Assembly: GCA_963512455.1 (NCBI GenBank)
Contig: CAUPMJ010000001.1
Location: 107,164-171,163, forward strand
DNA length: 64,000 nucleotides
Direction of reading: 5' to 3'
Source of the DNA: an uncultured Hylemonella sp.
GTDB taxonomy: Bacteria > Pseudomonadota > Gammaproteobacteria > Burkholderiales > Burkholderiaceae_C
Both the position numbers and the translations under genes were made by a program. This document shows positions 62,840 to 64,000 of the stretch, piece after piece. Every line of letters starts with the position of its first letter. Positions within the stretch are counted from its first letter, which is position 1. The notes beneath the pieces are model-generated. The model had not been told where the DNA came from and ran no database searches. It saw only the letters and a list, made by a program, of their open reading frames with translations.

Positions 62840-64000
62840 GTGCTTTTGTCTCTCCAGGGAACCACCCCTCACGCCATCCTGGCGCTCGCAGACGGCACGG
62901 TCTTTATCGGCAATTCCATTGGTGCCACCGGCACCACGGTCGGCGAGGTGGTGTTCAACACCGCCATGACCGGCTACCAGGAAATCCTCACTGATCCGAG
63001 TTACTGCCGGCAGATCGTGACCCTCACGTATCCGCACATCGGCAACTACGGCATCAACCCCGAGGACGTCGAAGCCGAGAAGATCCATGCCGCCGGCCTC
63101 ATCATCAAGGACCTGCCCCTGCTGGCTTCCAACTTTCGTTGCACCGAGACGCTCTCGCAGTACTTGGTGCGCGAGAAGACGGTGGCGATTGCCAACCTCG
63201 ACACCCGCAAGCTCACCCGTCTGCTGCGCAGCAAGGGCGCGCAGAACGGCGCCATCGTGGCGCTCAAGGCCGGTGAGGCCGTGACCCAGGCCCGCATCGA
63301 CGAAGCCCTGGCTGCCGCCAAGGCCGCGCCCAGCATGAAGGGCCTGGACCTGGCCCAGGTCGTGACGACCGCCAAGCCCTATACCTGGGACCAGACCGAG
63401 TGGACCCTGGGCGCGGGCTACGGCAAGCAGACCGCCCCGCGCTTCCACGTCGTGGCCTATGACTATGGCGTCAAGAAGAACATCCTGCGCATGCTGGCGC
63501 AGCGCGGCTGCAGGCTGACTGTGGTGCCGGCCAAGACGCCCGCCAAGGATGTGCTGGCACTCAAGCCCGATGGCGTCTTCCTCTCCAACGGCCCTGGCGA
63601 TCCGGAACCTTGCGACTACGCCATCACCGCCGTGCGCGAGATCATCGACACCGGCATCCCGACCTTTGGCATCTGCCTGGGACACCAGATCATGGCCCTG
63701 GCCTCGGGCGCCAAGACCTTCAAGATGCAGAACAGCCACCACGGAGCCAACCACCCCGTGAAGGATCTGGACAGCGGCCGTGTGAGCATCACCAGCCAGA
63801 ACCACGGCTTCGCCGTGGAGATGGAGTCGCTGCCTTCCAACCTGCGCGCCACCCACGTCAGCCTGTTCGACGGAACGCTGCAGGGCCTGACCCGTACCGA
63901 CAAGCCGGCCTTCTGCTTCCAGGGTCATCCGGAAGCCTCGCCCGGCCCGCACGATATCGCCTACCTGTTTGATCGCTTCACGGCGCTGATGGAGAAGAAG
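62840..64000 (+). CDS. carA: Carbamoyl-phosphate synthase small (glutaminase) subunit; 3' end just beyond the window
   Basis: Own translation from GTG 62840 with a GGAG RBS at 62830. [50 protein letters not shown] (catalytic Cys), [13 protein letters not shown]. In frame to the last base, and absent from the ORF track because no stop lies in the window. Confidence 0.93.
   Translation, partial: MLLSLQGTTPHAILALADGTVFIGNSIGATGTTVGEVVFNTAMTGYQEILTDPSYCRQIVTLTYPHIGNYGINPEDVEAEKIHAAGLIIKDLPLLASNFRCTETLSQYLVREKTVAIANLDTRKLTRLLRSKGAQNGAIVALKAGEAVTQARIDEALAAAKAAPSMKGLDLAQVVTTAKPYTWDQTEWTLGAGYGKQTAPRFHVVAYDYGVKKNILRMLAQRGCRLTVVPAKTPAKDVLALKPDGVFLSNGPGDPEPCDYAITAVREIIDTGIPTFGICLGHQIMALASGAKTFKMQNSHHGANHPVKDLDSGRVSITSQNHGFAVEMESLPSNLRATHVSLFDGTLQGLTRTDKPAFCFQGHPEASPGPHDIAYLFDRFTALMEKK

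Noticed and set aside
62753-63952. 399-aa minus-strand ORF
   Set aside because: Antisense shadow of carA, whose plus-strand frame aligns along its length with the E. coli CarA motifs.

Overview
GC-rich chromosomal segment that looks betaproteobacterial, probably Burkholderiales/Comamonadaceae-like. The clues are a Bug/TctC-family binding protein, the gene order and the codon bias; no search was run. I can support 56 protein-coding genes (two truncated by the window edges), two tRNAs (Val-GAC, Leu-CAG), several terminators and candidate promoters/operators, and three structured palindromic repeat elements. Most of the window is core housekeeping. On the minus strand: dnaE, rpoD, dnaG and a tRNA-modification cluster (gluQ-trmB-pseudouridine synthase). 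On the plus strand: phaR, rimO, rnr and the conserved block rpsB-tsf-pyrH-frr-uppS-cdsA-dxr-rseP-bamA-skp-lpxD-fabZ-lpxA-lpxB-rnhB-trmH-like, then carA. I saw no rRNA, CRISPR array, transposase, integrase or phage gene, and no obvious defence island. The points most worth a second look: (1) an operon headed by an ArsR-rhodanese fusion regulator with a persulfide-dioxygenase-type MBL, an MFS transporter and a periplasmic rhodanese; (2) an HSL-family alpha/beta-hydrolase homologue lacking the nucleophile Ser (GEEAGG) and apparently the His; (3) RNase R with no canonical start codon downstream of an antisense tRNA-Leu; (4) an RpoD N-terminal extension of about 200 aa, K/A/P-rich over its first ~135 aa, with two AT-hook-like motifs; (5) a translationally coupled HDOD + MBL pair; (6) an orphan binding protein coupled to a PBP-PAS-GGDEF-EAL sensor; (7) three MITE/REP-like nested-hairpin elements, two of which abut or overlap gene ends. 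Long antisense ORFs in the six-frame track are GC-driven shadow frames and were rejected. All function calls come from reading motifs in the translations, and all starts I changed were checked against the DNA.
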